Shown one piece after another: positions 13,205-23,850 of a stretch of 64,000 nt of DNA (positions are counted from its first letter, which is position 1; every line of letters starts with the position of its first letter). Source of the DNA: Felis catus (taxonomy: Eukaryota); assembly GCF_018350175.1 (NCBI RefSeq), contig NC_058383.1, positions 30,506,001 to 30,570,000 on the forward strand. The letters are read 5' to 3'. Made by a program: the position numbers and the translations under genes. The notes beneath the pieces are model-generated. The model was not told the DNA's origin, made no database searches, and saw only the letters and a program-made list of their open reading frames with translations.

Positions 13205-15102
13205 AAAATTAAACTGATTAACGTAAATTGGAGGAAGAGCTATATGCTTCTTATCTTTCCAGACCTTCCCAAAAATTCTAGGAAATAAGGACTGCATCAT
13301 CCCAGCAGCAGGATAGGAAATTAACATCTTGTACGAATGCAGTAAGTGTTTGTGTAGACCTGGAATTCTCTTCTGTAGTCTACCAGGAATGCTCTGGCGT
13401 ACATCCACCCAAGAGAACATTACAGGACATTTTTTAATTGGTATAAATATCTCTGATTACTGAGGCTCAGACATAGGCCAAACGCAAGAATCATAAATAA
13501 ACCAAGTTAGTCTGTCACAAGAGACTTCTCAATTCCTCAGTGCCTGGACACCCATCTCCGAGCAGTAATTTGTCTCCAGTACAACTTTTAACAGAAGTCC
13601 CTTATTTCAACAAGATTCATTAACGCTCTGTGCCCTTTGGCCTAATGCAACGATGAAACGTGGGTGACTTCAGCGAGTTTGTTATTCTGTTTGAGCGTTG
13701 ATTCAAAAATCACCACAAAACTTACAACTTCACACGAGAAACTTGTTAACTCCCCTTGGAGAGCCACGGACTCCACGCCATTTCACCTCTGTCTACTCCG
13801 TGACCACACTCTCTCACGTGTGACGTCTGGGACCCACATACAACTAGGTTTTCTGCTTCTTTCCCAGGGACCCCTGAAAGGCAATGTGCTCATTTCCATC
13901 AGAGCCAGAATGGAACTCAGCAACTGCCATTTCCGAGTTGGTGCAATTTACCGTATCTTTCAGGGCTGTGAGGTTTGGTCATAAAACTTCCAACTGCTGA
14001 TGTATTTCGCTCTAAAATGCGGCCATTCCTCACGCCGTTCTATGACCCGATTCATAAATAAATAATGCCAAATCATTGAATACAGCGAAACCTAAGACAT
14101 TCTATTTGGTAGCCCTTCTCCGAACCATGTAAACGTCGACTTGATAACTATGTGGCAACATTTTCAAGCCTGTGAAAAATTATCACAATGCAGAATCAGA
14201 GAAACTGCATCACCTGTGTCACATACTGCAGATTTATTGCTCTACCCATCAAGCATAAAAATTTGTAGCCAAACAGTCCGAAATGGTGATTCAGCAAATA
14301 AGCTACCAATGCAACTTTTGTAACGGGGCTTCAGCAAAGGCGACCCAGACTATAAAATGTGCCGTGTTTTTAAGAACCTCCAGCCACCACTAAATACATC
14401 CTTTAAACTGTCTGGCTTGTGTTATTTTAAACGAAGCCCTCCACATTACTTTCATGTGGGGGGTAACTTGAAAACATAATAGCAAGGAATAAGCACCCCA
14501 AAGCAACATAACCACAAGTCAAGACCCCACACACACGCAAAGGCACATGTATGTGCATGTGTACATACTCAGAGTAGTTTGCAATTATTTTTATGAAACT
14601 CTCTTTTTTATGAAAAAGAGATCAAATTCTTCTGAACTACTGTCTGTTCACTGAAAACAGCATGAAGCCTAAAGGTCACAACTGGTCCACCTCAGGAAGC
14701 AAATAAGCCAATGGACCACCGGTTAAACGATTTTCCGATCAAGATGAACGAATAAAATGGGTCAATGCCAAACAGATTACGTAAAATGAAACAACCAAGT
14801 AACCCATTGGTTAACTAAGTCCCCATGATGAACCAACCAAGAGGGCCATTAGTTAACGGAAGAACCAACCATCAGAAGCCAACCGAATGGATCAATCTGT
14901 AACAGAAACACCAACCAAGTGACATCGGATGATGCCAAACACAGCTAGCTAGCTTCATCCGGAGAGATGGAAGAAAACTTGCAACTAGGCAACAAACAGA
15001 AAAGCTCTTAATGAATCCAAACACATCCCATGCAATCTGGACACGTGACCACTGCCTGGGTCACCACGTGGGGCTGGAAACGGACCACACAGCTATACTT
15101 AC

Positions 15103-15230
15103 GAAGATTATTTATGGGAGTTCTGGTATCCATGTTTTCATAATGCTGGACATGAACCACAATGTTGAGGTCCCTCTCCATGGGGTCGGTGTTGCAGTGG
15201 CCCTGTGGCCTCATGACATCTGCAAGGGCC
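15103..15230 (-). CDS. SHISA9: SHISA9 coding exon 2, 128 nt
   Basis: Acceptor cttctttctcctttcag|G at 15231/15230 and donor C|GTAAGT at 15103/15102. The phase-2 join to exon 1 gives ...HMS-R-ALADVMRPQGHCNTDPMERDLNIVVHVQHYENMDTRTPINNL, the SHISA9 continuation. Confidence 0.96.
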
Positions 15231-16052
15231 CTGAAAGGAGAAAGAAGTGAAATCTGTTCATTCCAAACGCAATGACTGGCACCTGTTGTGTTCTGAGCAC
15301 TGTGCTTAGGAGGACGAGGCCCCTTACTCCACGGAGTTGCCATGCTCGTTAGAGGTGGGAGGGAGAAAAAGACATCAGGAAGTTAAGAAGATCACTGCAA
15401 TTACAGATTACATAAGGTCTTCATGCAAAACAGGACACGCGTTCCCCACAAGAGGTGTGTAATTAGCAATATCACCTACCTTGCAGAGAGCTGTGGAGAG
15501 GACTGAATGACGAATATATGTAATGCGTCTGCACCCCATAAACCCAGCCCCCTCATAGCTGACACCTGATACCACAGCCCACGTACATCAGTGGTCCACT
15601 ATTAGCCACAAATAACATTTATAGGGTGCTTACCACAAGTGGGGCACCGTGTGAATCACGTTAAGCCTTAACGAAGGGGCTTACAAACACCTTATGAGGT
15701 TTATTACTCCTTCTTTGCAGATGAGCGGACAAAGGCTCAGAGAAGTGAATTAACCTGCTGAAAGTCACACAGCCCGTTGCACGGGTCTTTGAACAAGAGT
15801 CCGTTTTCACAGCTCTGTACGCTGAGCGCATTGGGTTTCCTGTAGTTAGGGAGGATTTGGCACGATCCATCCATACCCCCCAAGGTGGGTGCCCCTCTTA
15901 ATCAGTAGCTGGGACATAGGGCAAGCTTACAACCTGAGTCACCAACTGTGTTTTATCGTCACGTTTCGCCCCCTTGACACTCATCCAAGGGTCAGTATTC
16001 TTTCGGCTGTCTTTGACAAATAAGAAAACCAGTTGAGAGGTGTTAAGTGACT

Positions 16053-16486
16053 ACGTGAGTTTCTCCCAGCTGACGTAACAAAGTGCCCCACACTAAGTGG
16101 CCCCAAACCACACAAATGTACTGTCTCACAGTTCTGGAGGCCAGAAGTCCAAAATCAGGATATTAGGAGACTCCTCCCTTGCCTCCTCCTGGCTTCCGGT
16201 GGATTTCTGGTGGAAATCTCTGGCATCTGCTAGCTCGCAGCTGCCTCACCCCAGGCTCTTCCTCCGTCTTTGCCCCGTGTGTCTCAGGAGGCTCTGTCTT
16301 CCCGTGAAGACCTGCTTTTAAGGACACCAGTCATACTGGGTTGGGGCGTACCCTCCTCCAGGATAAGCTCAAGTCATTACGTGTGCAAAATCCCATTCCT
16401 CAATAACGTCACATTCTGAGGACCACAAGACCAGGACTTTAAAAAAGCTTTTGTTATGGGGCGGGGGTACACCGTTCACCCAGAAC
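16053..16486 (-). mobile_element. MaLR MLT1-type LTR
   Basis: ctcacagttctggaggccagaagtccaaaatcagg and aaggacaccagtcat, hallmark MLT1 blocks. Confidence 0.75.
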
Positions 16487-17149
16487 GGTGACCTTCACAA
16501 TTAGATGTAACCTTAGTAAAGCCGCCCAGCGTTTGCACAGAGAGCAGAACAGAGGTAAGTGCCAAGCGGATACCACATCTAAGGTCAGACCTCACCACCC
16601 CACATCTGCCTCTTGGCCTATGCTCCACCAGGTCATTCCTGAGACAGGATTATCCTTGAACGATGCGTACTATTGTGGGTGTAACTGCACAGGTATGCAT
16701 CTCTGACACGAGCCGTGTTTGGACCACAAACCTCATTCTGCTTCTTCCTCTTTGCGCGACAGGAGAGCTAGCCAAGATGCTAAGGGTGAATCTCCTTTCC
16801 CCAGTGGTTTCATGGACAAGCAGACGAGTATCAGCCCTGCTTAGCCATTTCCCTAATATTTCCCTAATTATGGGCACCGAGACGCTCAGAGCACCTCCCT
16901 GCCTCTGAACACAACACAGCCACAGGCACCCTCATTCATGCCTCCTCTTGGACCAGGGAGAGCTTCTCAGGGCACACACCCACAAGTCATACTGCCATGG
17001 TTTAGGATACATCCAGATGCTCCTAACCAACCAGAACCCTCTGAGTCCACATCGAGGGAGACAGAGACGGAAGGAGAGCTGTTTGCGAGAGGTCAGCCTG
17101 CCGGCTGAAATTTACCCCCCCCCCCCACCACCACCCCGTATAAGCATCG

Positions 17150-17300
17150 ATTCTCAAACAATGTCTGCCAACAAGCGGCACCAGCATCACCTGGGAGCAC
17201 GTTAAAAGGCAAATTTTCAGGTCCACCCAGACCTACTGACTCAGAAACTCCAGGGGCAGCCACCTGAGGTTTCAGGTGCACATCCAAGTCTGAGCCTGTG
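17150..17300. mobile_element. MER5A-like DNA transposon remnant (similar copies at ~20160-20310 and ~53290-53430)
   Basis: gcatcacctgggagcacgttaaaa..caaatt.tcagg.ccaccc.agacctactgactcagaaact. Confidence 0.6.
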
Positions 17301-17661
17301 TTAGGCTCACGGAGGCCCCAAGCTCGGGGACTGAGTGGTTGCTCAGGGGGCAAGGAGACAACGGCCCAAAAACCACAGCGGGTGAGAAGTGTCAGATGTG
17401 AACTACAGGGGACACAGCAAGACATTAGAGGAAAAGACTGGGCAAGCCAAGACGCAAGACAATAACGACAGCTCCCAATCATTCACTCATTCACTCAACA
17501 AATATCCATTGCCTACTATGTGCCAGGCACTAGTCAGAGCTCTGGGAACACAGCCAGTGTGCAGGATGCACAAGATCACTGTCTTACCAAAGCTTGTATT
17601 CCAGGGGACAGGATAAAAAAATATATGTGTGTTCAATAAATTTTTAACAAGTAGAACACGT

Positions 17662-17906
17662 GGGGCGCCTGGGTGGCTCAGTCGGTTAGGCGTCTGACTT
17701 CGGCTCAGGTCATGATCTCGCGGTCCGTGGGTTCGAGCCCCGCGTCGGGCTCTGTGCCGACAGCTCAAGAGCCTGGAGCCTGCTTTGGATTCTGTGTCTC
17801 CCTCTCTCTCTCTCTGCCCCTCCCCCGTTCATGCTCTGTGTCTCTCTGTCTTCAAAATAAATAAACATTAAAAAAAATTAAAAATTAAAAAAAATAAATA
17901 AATAAA
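17662..17906 (+). mobile_element. SINEC
   Basis: Complete element; TSD aagta(g/t)aacac. Confidence 0.95.
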
Positions 17907-17924
17907 AAGTATAACACAATCAAG

Positions 17925-18345
17925 CGACACCGGCACATGGCAGCCTTATCCTCAACAGCCCCAAAGTGGAAACAATCCAAATCAGCTGACGAATGGACAC
18001 GCAGAAGGTGTTATACGCAGGGGAGTATGATTCAGCCACAAAAAGGTAGGAAACACCGACACCTGCTACAACATGGATGGAACCTGGAAACTTGAAGCTC
18101 CTTGCAAAGGACCCAAAAAGCCACGGGGTACGTGATTCTATTTCCATTAAGTGTTCAGAAAGGGTTAATCCATAGAGATAAAAAGGAGACCAGTGGTGGC
18201 CAGGGGCTGGAGATAGGGAGGACTGAGGAGTGGCTCTGGAATGTATACGGACTTTCAACCATGAAAATGTTCTGGGATCAGACAGGAGTGATAGTTGCTT
18301 CAATTTATGAATATGTCAAAAACCAATGAATTGTACACTTTTCTA
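17925..18345 (+). mobile_element. Old L1M 3' fragment
   Basis: ccccaaagtggaaacaatccaaat...gctacaacatggatggaacctggaaac...tgaattgtacacttt. Confidence 0.7.
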
Positions 18346-19592
18346 AAATTCTACATAAACAGGGGGGGGGGGGAGAGGGAGAGAGAGATAAGGTGACCAG
18401 GAAAAGCTTTCCTGAGGAGTTGACATTTGAGATGAGCCCTGAACTGTAAGAAGGAGTTGGTCGTGTAAAGGTGATGGAAAGAAACTTCCTGGCAGCTGGA
18501 GCAGCAAATGCAAAGGCCCTGGGGCAGTAAAGAGTTCATATACTTGAAGTACAAGCCAAAAGGCCAATGAAGCTGGAGGATAGGCAATAAGGAAGGGAGC
18601 TTTCAAGGTGAGGATTATCGTACCCATTTTATGGAGCAAAAAAAAAACTGTTCAAGTTCACCCGGCACATCACTGTAGGGACTGGAGATACAAACCCGAG
18701 TGTCTCTGAAATTAGAGTTCAGCCTCCTTCCTCACTCTGTGCTGTAAGCAGAGTCTGAAATTCAAGGAGGCTGCAGGAAATGGAAGGTTTGAGGTAAAGC
18801 GGGAGCTCCAAACCTGATATGCCTTTCTCACTTCTAAACAGGATCTTCATCATGAACTTCCGGAGGTCCCTGGACCCCTCGGGAATTGAATGGAAATTTT
18901 GTTTGTGCGTTTTTCTCAGGCAAGGAGCCATAGCTTTCACCAATTCCTCTAAGGAGTCCCCCCCCCTGGAATTCCATGTTATTCAGGCTTTCAAGAGGTT
19001 GGCAAAGTAAGTTATCAGGACAGCTACCACGAACTCGGTCAGCGCGGCTATCTGCACATTCCCTGGGCCTCTCTGGGGTGCTGAAATTCCTGAAAACCCA
19101 GCCCAAAAGCCAGGGATGCTTTTCCCCAAGGCAGCCCTTCCCAGGGCACGCAATGGAGATGAGAGTTCTTAAGAGGCCTCCATATCCTGGAAAAGCAGCC
19201 TTCAAAGTAGAGTCCACTCACTCTACGCACCACAAAAAAATGATTCGGCATAAGGACAGGAAATCCAAGAACTCCTGTGTATGGTCTTTAGTCGTTCAAG
19301 TGAGGAATCAATGCAATATGGGTATGGATGCTGGCACCCTCACTTGAGATGCCCACGTCAGCCAGCGAGAATCAGGAAGCTCAGACCAAGAACAGTGACT
19401 GGGGTGCATTGCCCATATTACAGCTATGTGCCCCCCTAAAGGGAATAGGCAGATACATTATCTAGGTTTAGCAAGGCTAACCATCACTGAGCAGGCGCAT
19501 GGCTTCACCACCACCACCGCCCCCCCAACCGTAACAAAACCACAGGCTGAAGAAAATTCTGATAGAGGAAGCACAAGAAAACAATCGCGTTG

Positions 19593-19678
19593 TGGGTGAT
19601 GGGCATTGAGGAGGGCACCTGTTGGGATGAGCACTGGGTATTGTATGGAAACCAGTAAATTTTACATATACACATAAA
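19593..19678 (+). mobile_element. Extremely 5'-truncated L1 3' end
   Basis: gggtgatgggcattgaggagggcacctgttgggatgagcactggg resembles the felid L1 3'UTR end; 18-bp TSD aagaaaacaat(c/t)gcgttg at 19575-19592 and 19679-19696. Confidence 0.8.
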
Positions 19679-20330
19679 AAGAAAACAATTGCGTTGCCTC
19701 TCCACTTTTCTTCAACAGCTAGCTTGTTACAAGGTTAAAAACAATGTTCTATTCAGATCAAAGCCAAGTCAGCCAAAAATAGTCAAAATTCTCACGAAAA
19801 ATATTCAAAATGTGGACTGTTTATTAATGGTAAGTTTCATCCTCAACAAACATGATTTGACATTAGCTAATGATTGCGTGACGTCATCATGCTTACCAAC
19901 AGACTTTAATATTTACTGCACCTTCAGTTCAGCTTAAAATTTGTTTTTAGGTGTGCTTTATAATGTACCTAACAACTGTTCACCGGTCCATGCATATACT
20001 TATTAGTACAACAAATGTGTATGGATTAGGGTACAGACTAAAAAACATGTTAAAATACGTGTCCAAAAAGCTTCATAAATAAGACAATGGACATCACCAA
20101 CTATGTGCTATAAACCAAATTCCAAACGATTTGCCATCTATTTGCAGCACATAGTTTGGGTGCTTCTCAAACCATGTGCATTCGTGCTACCTCGGGGTCT
20201 TGTTAAAAATGTAGATTCTATTTCAGTAAGTCAGAGGCAGGGCATGAGATTCTTCCACTCAAGCTCCCAGGTCACGAAAATGAGGCGGCTCCACAGGACA
20301 TACTCTGAGTACTAAGTCCCTAAAAGAACC

Positions 20331-20706
20331 ATAATGGTAGCTTTTAAGTGTCCACTTGACTATGGCACAGGGTGCCCAAATATTTGGTCAAATGTCATTG
20401 TGGATGCATCTGAGAATGTGCATTTGGATGAGATGAACACTGACATTCAACAGACTGAGTACATTGCCCTCTAGCATTCAGGTGGGCCTCATCTAATCAG
20501 TTGAAGGCATGCAGAGACAAAAGTCCCACCCTCTCTTGAGTTAAAGGGAATTTTCCTGCCTGACAGCCTTCAAACTGGGATGTCAGCTCTGTAGATTTCA
20601 GACTTCCTAATGGCAAGTCCACATCATGTATCTCACTCTTGCTCTCTCTCTCTATATATATATATCTCCTACAGGTTTTGTTTCTCTGGAGAACCATAAC
20701 TAATAC
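20331..20706 (+). mobile_element. ERVL MLT2-type LTR
   Basis: gtccacttgact...ggtgggcctcatctaatcagttgaaggc...tttctctggagaaccataactaataca. Confidence 0.75.
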
Positions 20707-22334
20707 AGGTACCTTACTAAAGAAACTGCACTTTTCTTTGATATCTCTTGTCCCAGCTCAGAACAAGTACCTTGAAACACTGCCATTTTTGTGGTCATAG
20801 ATGATTGAATATTGGCAATTTCCTAAGTTTCAATTTGGCGTCAATTTCTTTCTAGATGTACTCGTGTGTTACTTGTCTCGTGCCATTTGACTGTTAGCTC
20901 TTTTGAGTGCAGGGATTGCGTCTGTATTGTCACTATTCTCTTATAGCTCTCAAAACGGTACTAGGTATGCCATAGGTGCTCAATAAATACCTATGAAATG
21001 AATACATGAATGGGTGAGTGAATGAATGAACAAAAGACAAGATACTTTCTTTTGTAAATTATGATGTCAGAAACCAGATACTGGTTTTGTCCGTGGCAGA
21101 TACTGTTCTAGGCACTGAGGATACAACAGAAGAGATGTGGTGTCCCCACACTCCTTACTTTGGACAGTAAAGCAAGATATAGATAACCAAATAGCAAACC
21201 AGGAAATTAATAAGTTAATTTTAGGCTGTAATGAAGAAACACCAGGCGATGAGCCGGAGGGGGGCGGGCAGTGGTAACTGAGTCGTCAGGGTCATCAGGG
21301 ACGGCTTCTCGGAGAAGGCGACACCAGAGCGGAGACCTCAATGGCGAGGGAGCCAGCGCATGAGGTCTGACAGAGGATTCGAGCCAAGCCAACGCGACAG
21401 TTCCAAGGTAGCAATGAGAGAATACGGTGTTCCTTCACCTTCCAATCACCGCGAGCAAATAAAAGACCCCAACATTCCCAAACAGAGCTCAGAACCTCCT
21501 CATCTGGCTTCAAAGCTCCCCGGAATCCCGAGGTCTAAACTATGTTCTGACATTTAAACACCTGAAGAGGATTCCGGAACATTTCCTCTGAAGCATCTTT
21601 TACTTTTTCAAGAACGCGAGGGCCGTGGGCATGAGGTGACTTTCTGGAGTGGTGGTTACACAGGTAGAGGCAAAGCTCCTGAAAAACCACACTTAAACTT
21701 AAAATGTGTGCCTTTTACTGGGTCAAGTATATACCCCACTGAAGGGGACTGCTAAAATGCAAGGACTCCATCGCCCAAAGAGAAGTAACCTGCCACGAGC
21801 AAGAATTTATAGACTCTTCTCCATGGGCAACAAGATTTGCCTGCAAGGGTTTCTCCAAGCTGGGGAGCTGGTCAAAGCCAGAGGGTAACCACAGACATGC
21901 AAGGAAAAAGGGCAGCGGGAAGAGAGAAAAGGCAAAAGGAGGGGAGACGTTTAGCGGTTGATGCTGCCTCTTTAAAAGGGACTCCAGCTTTTCTGAAGCG
22001 TGTTTGAAAAGCACCCGGGACACTGTGCTGTGCAATGTGCCACTTGGATTTCTGATTCTGTTTGAAGGTGGGCAAAATAATGACATGTGTTCCCTACTGG
22101 CCTGAAGCGTATGGAGCTTCCAACACACATTCCTGCCCCCAAGGTCGCTTCTCATCAACGGCTCCTTCCAAGGGCGCTGGCCCTGCCAGGGGCGGATGCA
22201 GGAAACACTCCTGGTCTTGATCTTACAGGGGCTCCTTGTACTGGCCCCCCTGCACGTGTCGCCATTTGCAGAACAGCAAGCACTTCTTTGCGATCTGAGA
22301 GCACGTTAGTCCAGCACGTGTCCACTCAAAGGCC

Positions 22335-22445
22335 GTGCAGCCTAGTGGTCAGGGACCTGTGCCCTGGCCTCAGACTGTCTGGGTTGGAAGTCTGACTCCT
22401 CCACTCCCCAGGGCCTCGTTCATCCTCACGGAATGCAATCTGTGC
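22335..22445 (+). mobile_element. MIR fragment (many other MIR and L2 fragments present, e.g. ~10090-10265, 15600-15800, 2005-2180, 2470-2850)
   Basis: gcctagtggtcagg...cagactgtctgggttggaagtctgactcctcc...gggcctcgttcatcctca resembles the MIR core. Confidence 0.55.
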
Positions 22446-23619
22446 CTCTTCAGAGGCACACTGTCCTAAGGCCTGCCTCACTGGGGCAGGGCCTGGAATT
22501 AAATGAGCACTTATACACAAGCTCGTGGTGAAATAGCAGGCTGGACAAGGCTTCTTTCATATCACCCAGGCCAACACTTTGCAAGGCATTTAATGAGGCC
22601 ATTCCCGGGTCTTCTCTGCTATTCTGAACCTGTCCCCCTCTGCTGCTTAACTCTGAAGGAGTTAGAAGACTGGACCAATGCCACACAGCTTAAAAGATGG
22701 AACAGGGCAAGGACGAGGTACTGAGTTTCAGACTACAACATTTACCCCTTTGGCAGGTAAGGGGTAGAAAATTCCAGTAATAAGGGTGATGGCAAAGGGG
22801 TAAAACTTGCTGAGCAGTGACCATAAAGAGGTCCTGTGCTAAGGGCCTCCCAAGTCCAGTCTCAGTGAAACCTCACACAAGCCTGGGACATAGGGATGAC
22901 CAGGGTTTCATTCTACAGACAAGAATCTAAAACTCAGAGAGGCGAAGTCACGTTCCCAAGGTCACACAGCTCCTAAGCGGCCAGGCTGGATGGAATCTCC
23001 AGACATCTGACTTGAGGTAGGCTCGACTGAGTCTCCAGGGACTCCAGAGTGGGGGTGGAGACAGAGGCCGACCTGAGAGCTTCCTAAAGAGGGAACTCAC
23101 CACTGGGTGGCAACCAACAGCTTCCCTGGGAAAATGCACATCAGTGTTGTCCAAACTACCGATTTCTCAAGAGAAGTCAGGAATCGGGATTTCTACGTGA
23201 AATCTCCTTAGTTCTAAGTTGGTTTTAAAACACAATGTAGGACACAATGTATGAAATTTTACAGGCAGATGCAGTGAGCCTTGACCGGATCCGAGTTTGG
23301 GAGCTCAAGCTCCAGAGGACATCGTTGGTACGACCAGGAAAATGTTACCCTGATTGGCTACTTGATGGTATGACAGACTTTCTGCCCTTCTTCTCGAGGG
23401 TCATCCCAGGATTGTGTCGTGGGGGAGAATGTCCTTGTTCTTAGGCAATCCACGCTGAAGTATTTAGGGATGAAGTGCCATGTCTGCAATTCGTTTTCAA
23501 ATGTTTCAGCCAAGAAACACAGGAAAAGGAAAGGGAGGGAGAAAGGGACAGAGGAAAAGAAAACACAGAGTGTGTACTAAAGCAAACATGACAAAATACT
23601 AATAATTGTGTGGCCTGGA

Positions 23620-23850
23620 TTAGTAACTCTCAACTGGGGGTGATTTTACCCCCGGATAACATGTGGCTATGACTGAGGACATTTTTTTTTTTGACTGTCA
23701 CAGCTGGGTTGTAAGGGGGGTGCTATTGGCATAGTGGGTGGAGTCGAAGCGTGCTGCCAGACCCCCTACGATGCACAGAACAGCCCCCCCACTACCGAGA
23801 ATGAGCCGGCTCCAAATGGCAGTCGTACCGGGAGTGACAAACCCTAAAGA
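23620..23850 (+). mobile_element. MER20-like hAT-Charlie DNA transposon remnant
   Basis: tctcaactgggggtgattttacccc...gggtgctattggcatagtgggtggag...cctacgatgcacagaacagcccc. A second copy lies on the minus strand at ~33420-33610. Confidence 0.7.

Larger units (their letters stand above)
1..15102 (-). other. SHISA9: SHISA9 intron 2, 5' part (continues beyond the window)
   Basis: Starts at the GTAAGT donor; no further SHISA9 coding sequence recognisable in 1-15102. Confidence 0.85.

Noticed and set aside
19879..19886. Full CRE TGACGTCA in intron 1
   Set aside because: A single 8-mer is expected about once per 64 kb by chance, and there is no supporting context.
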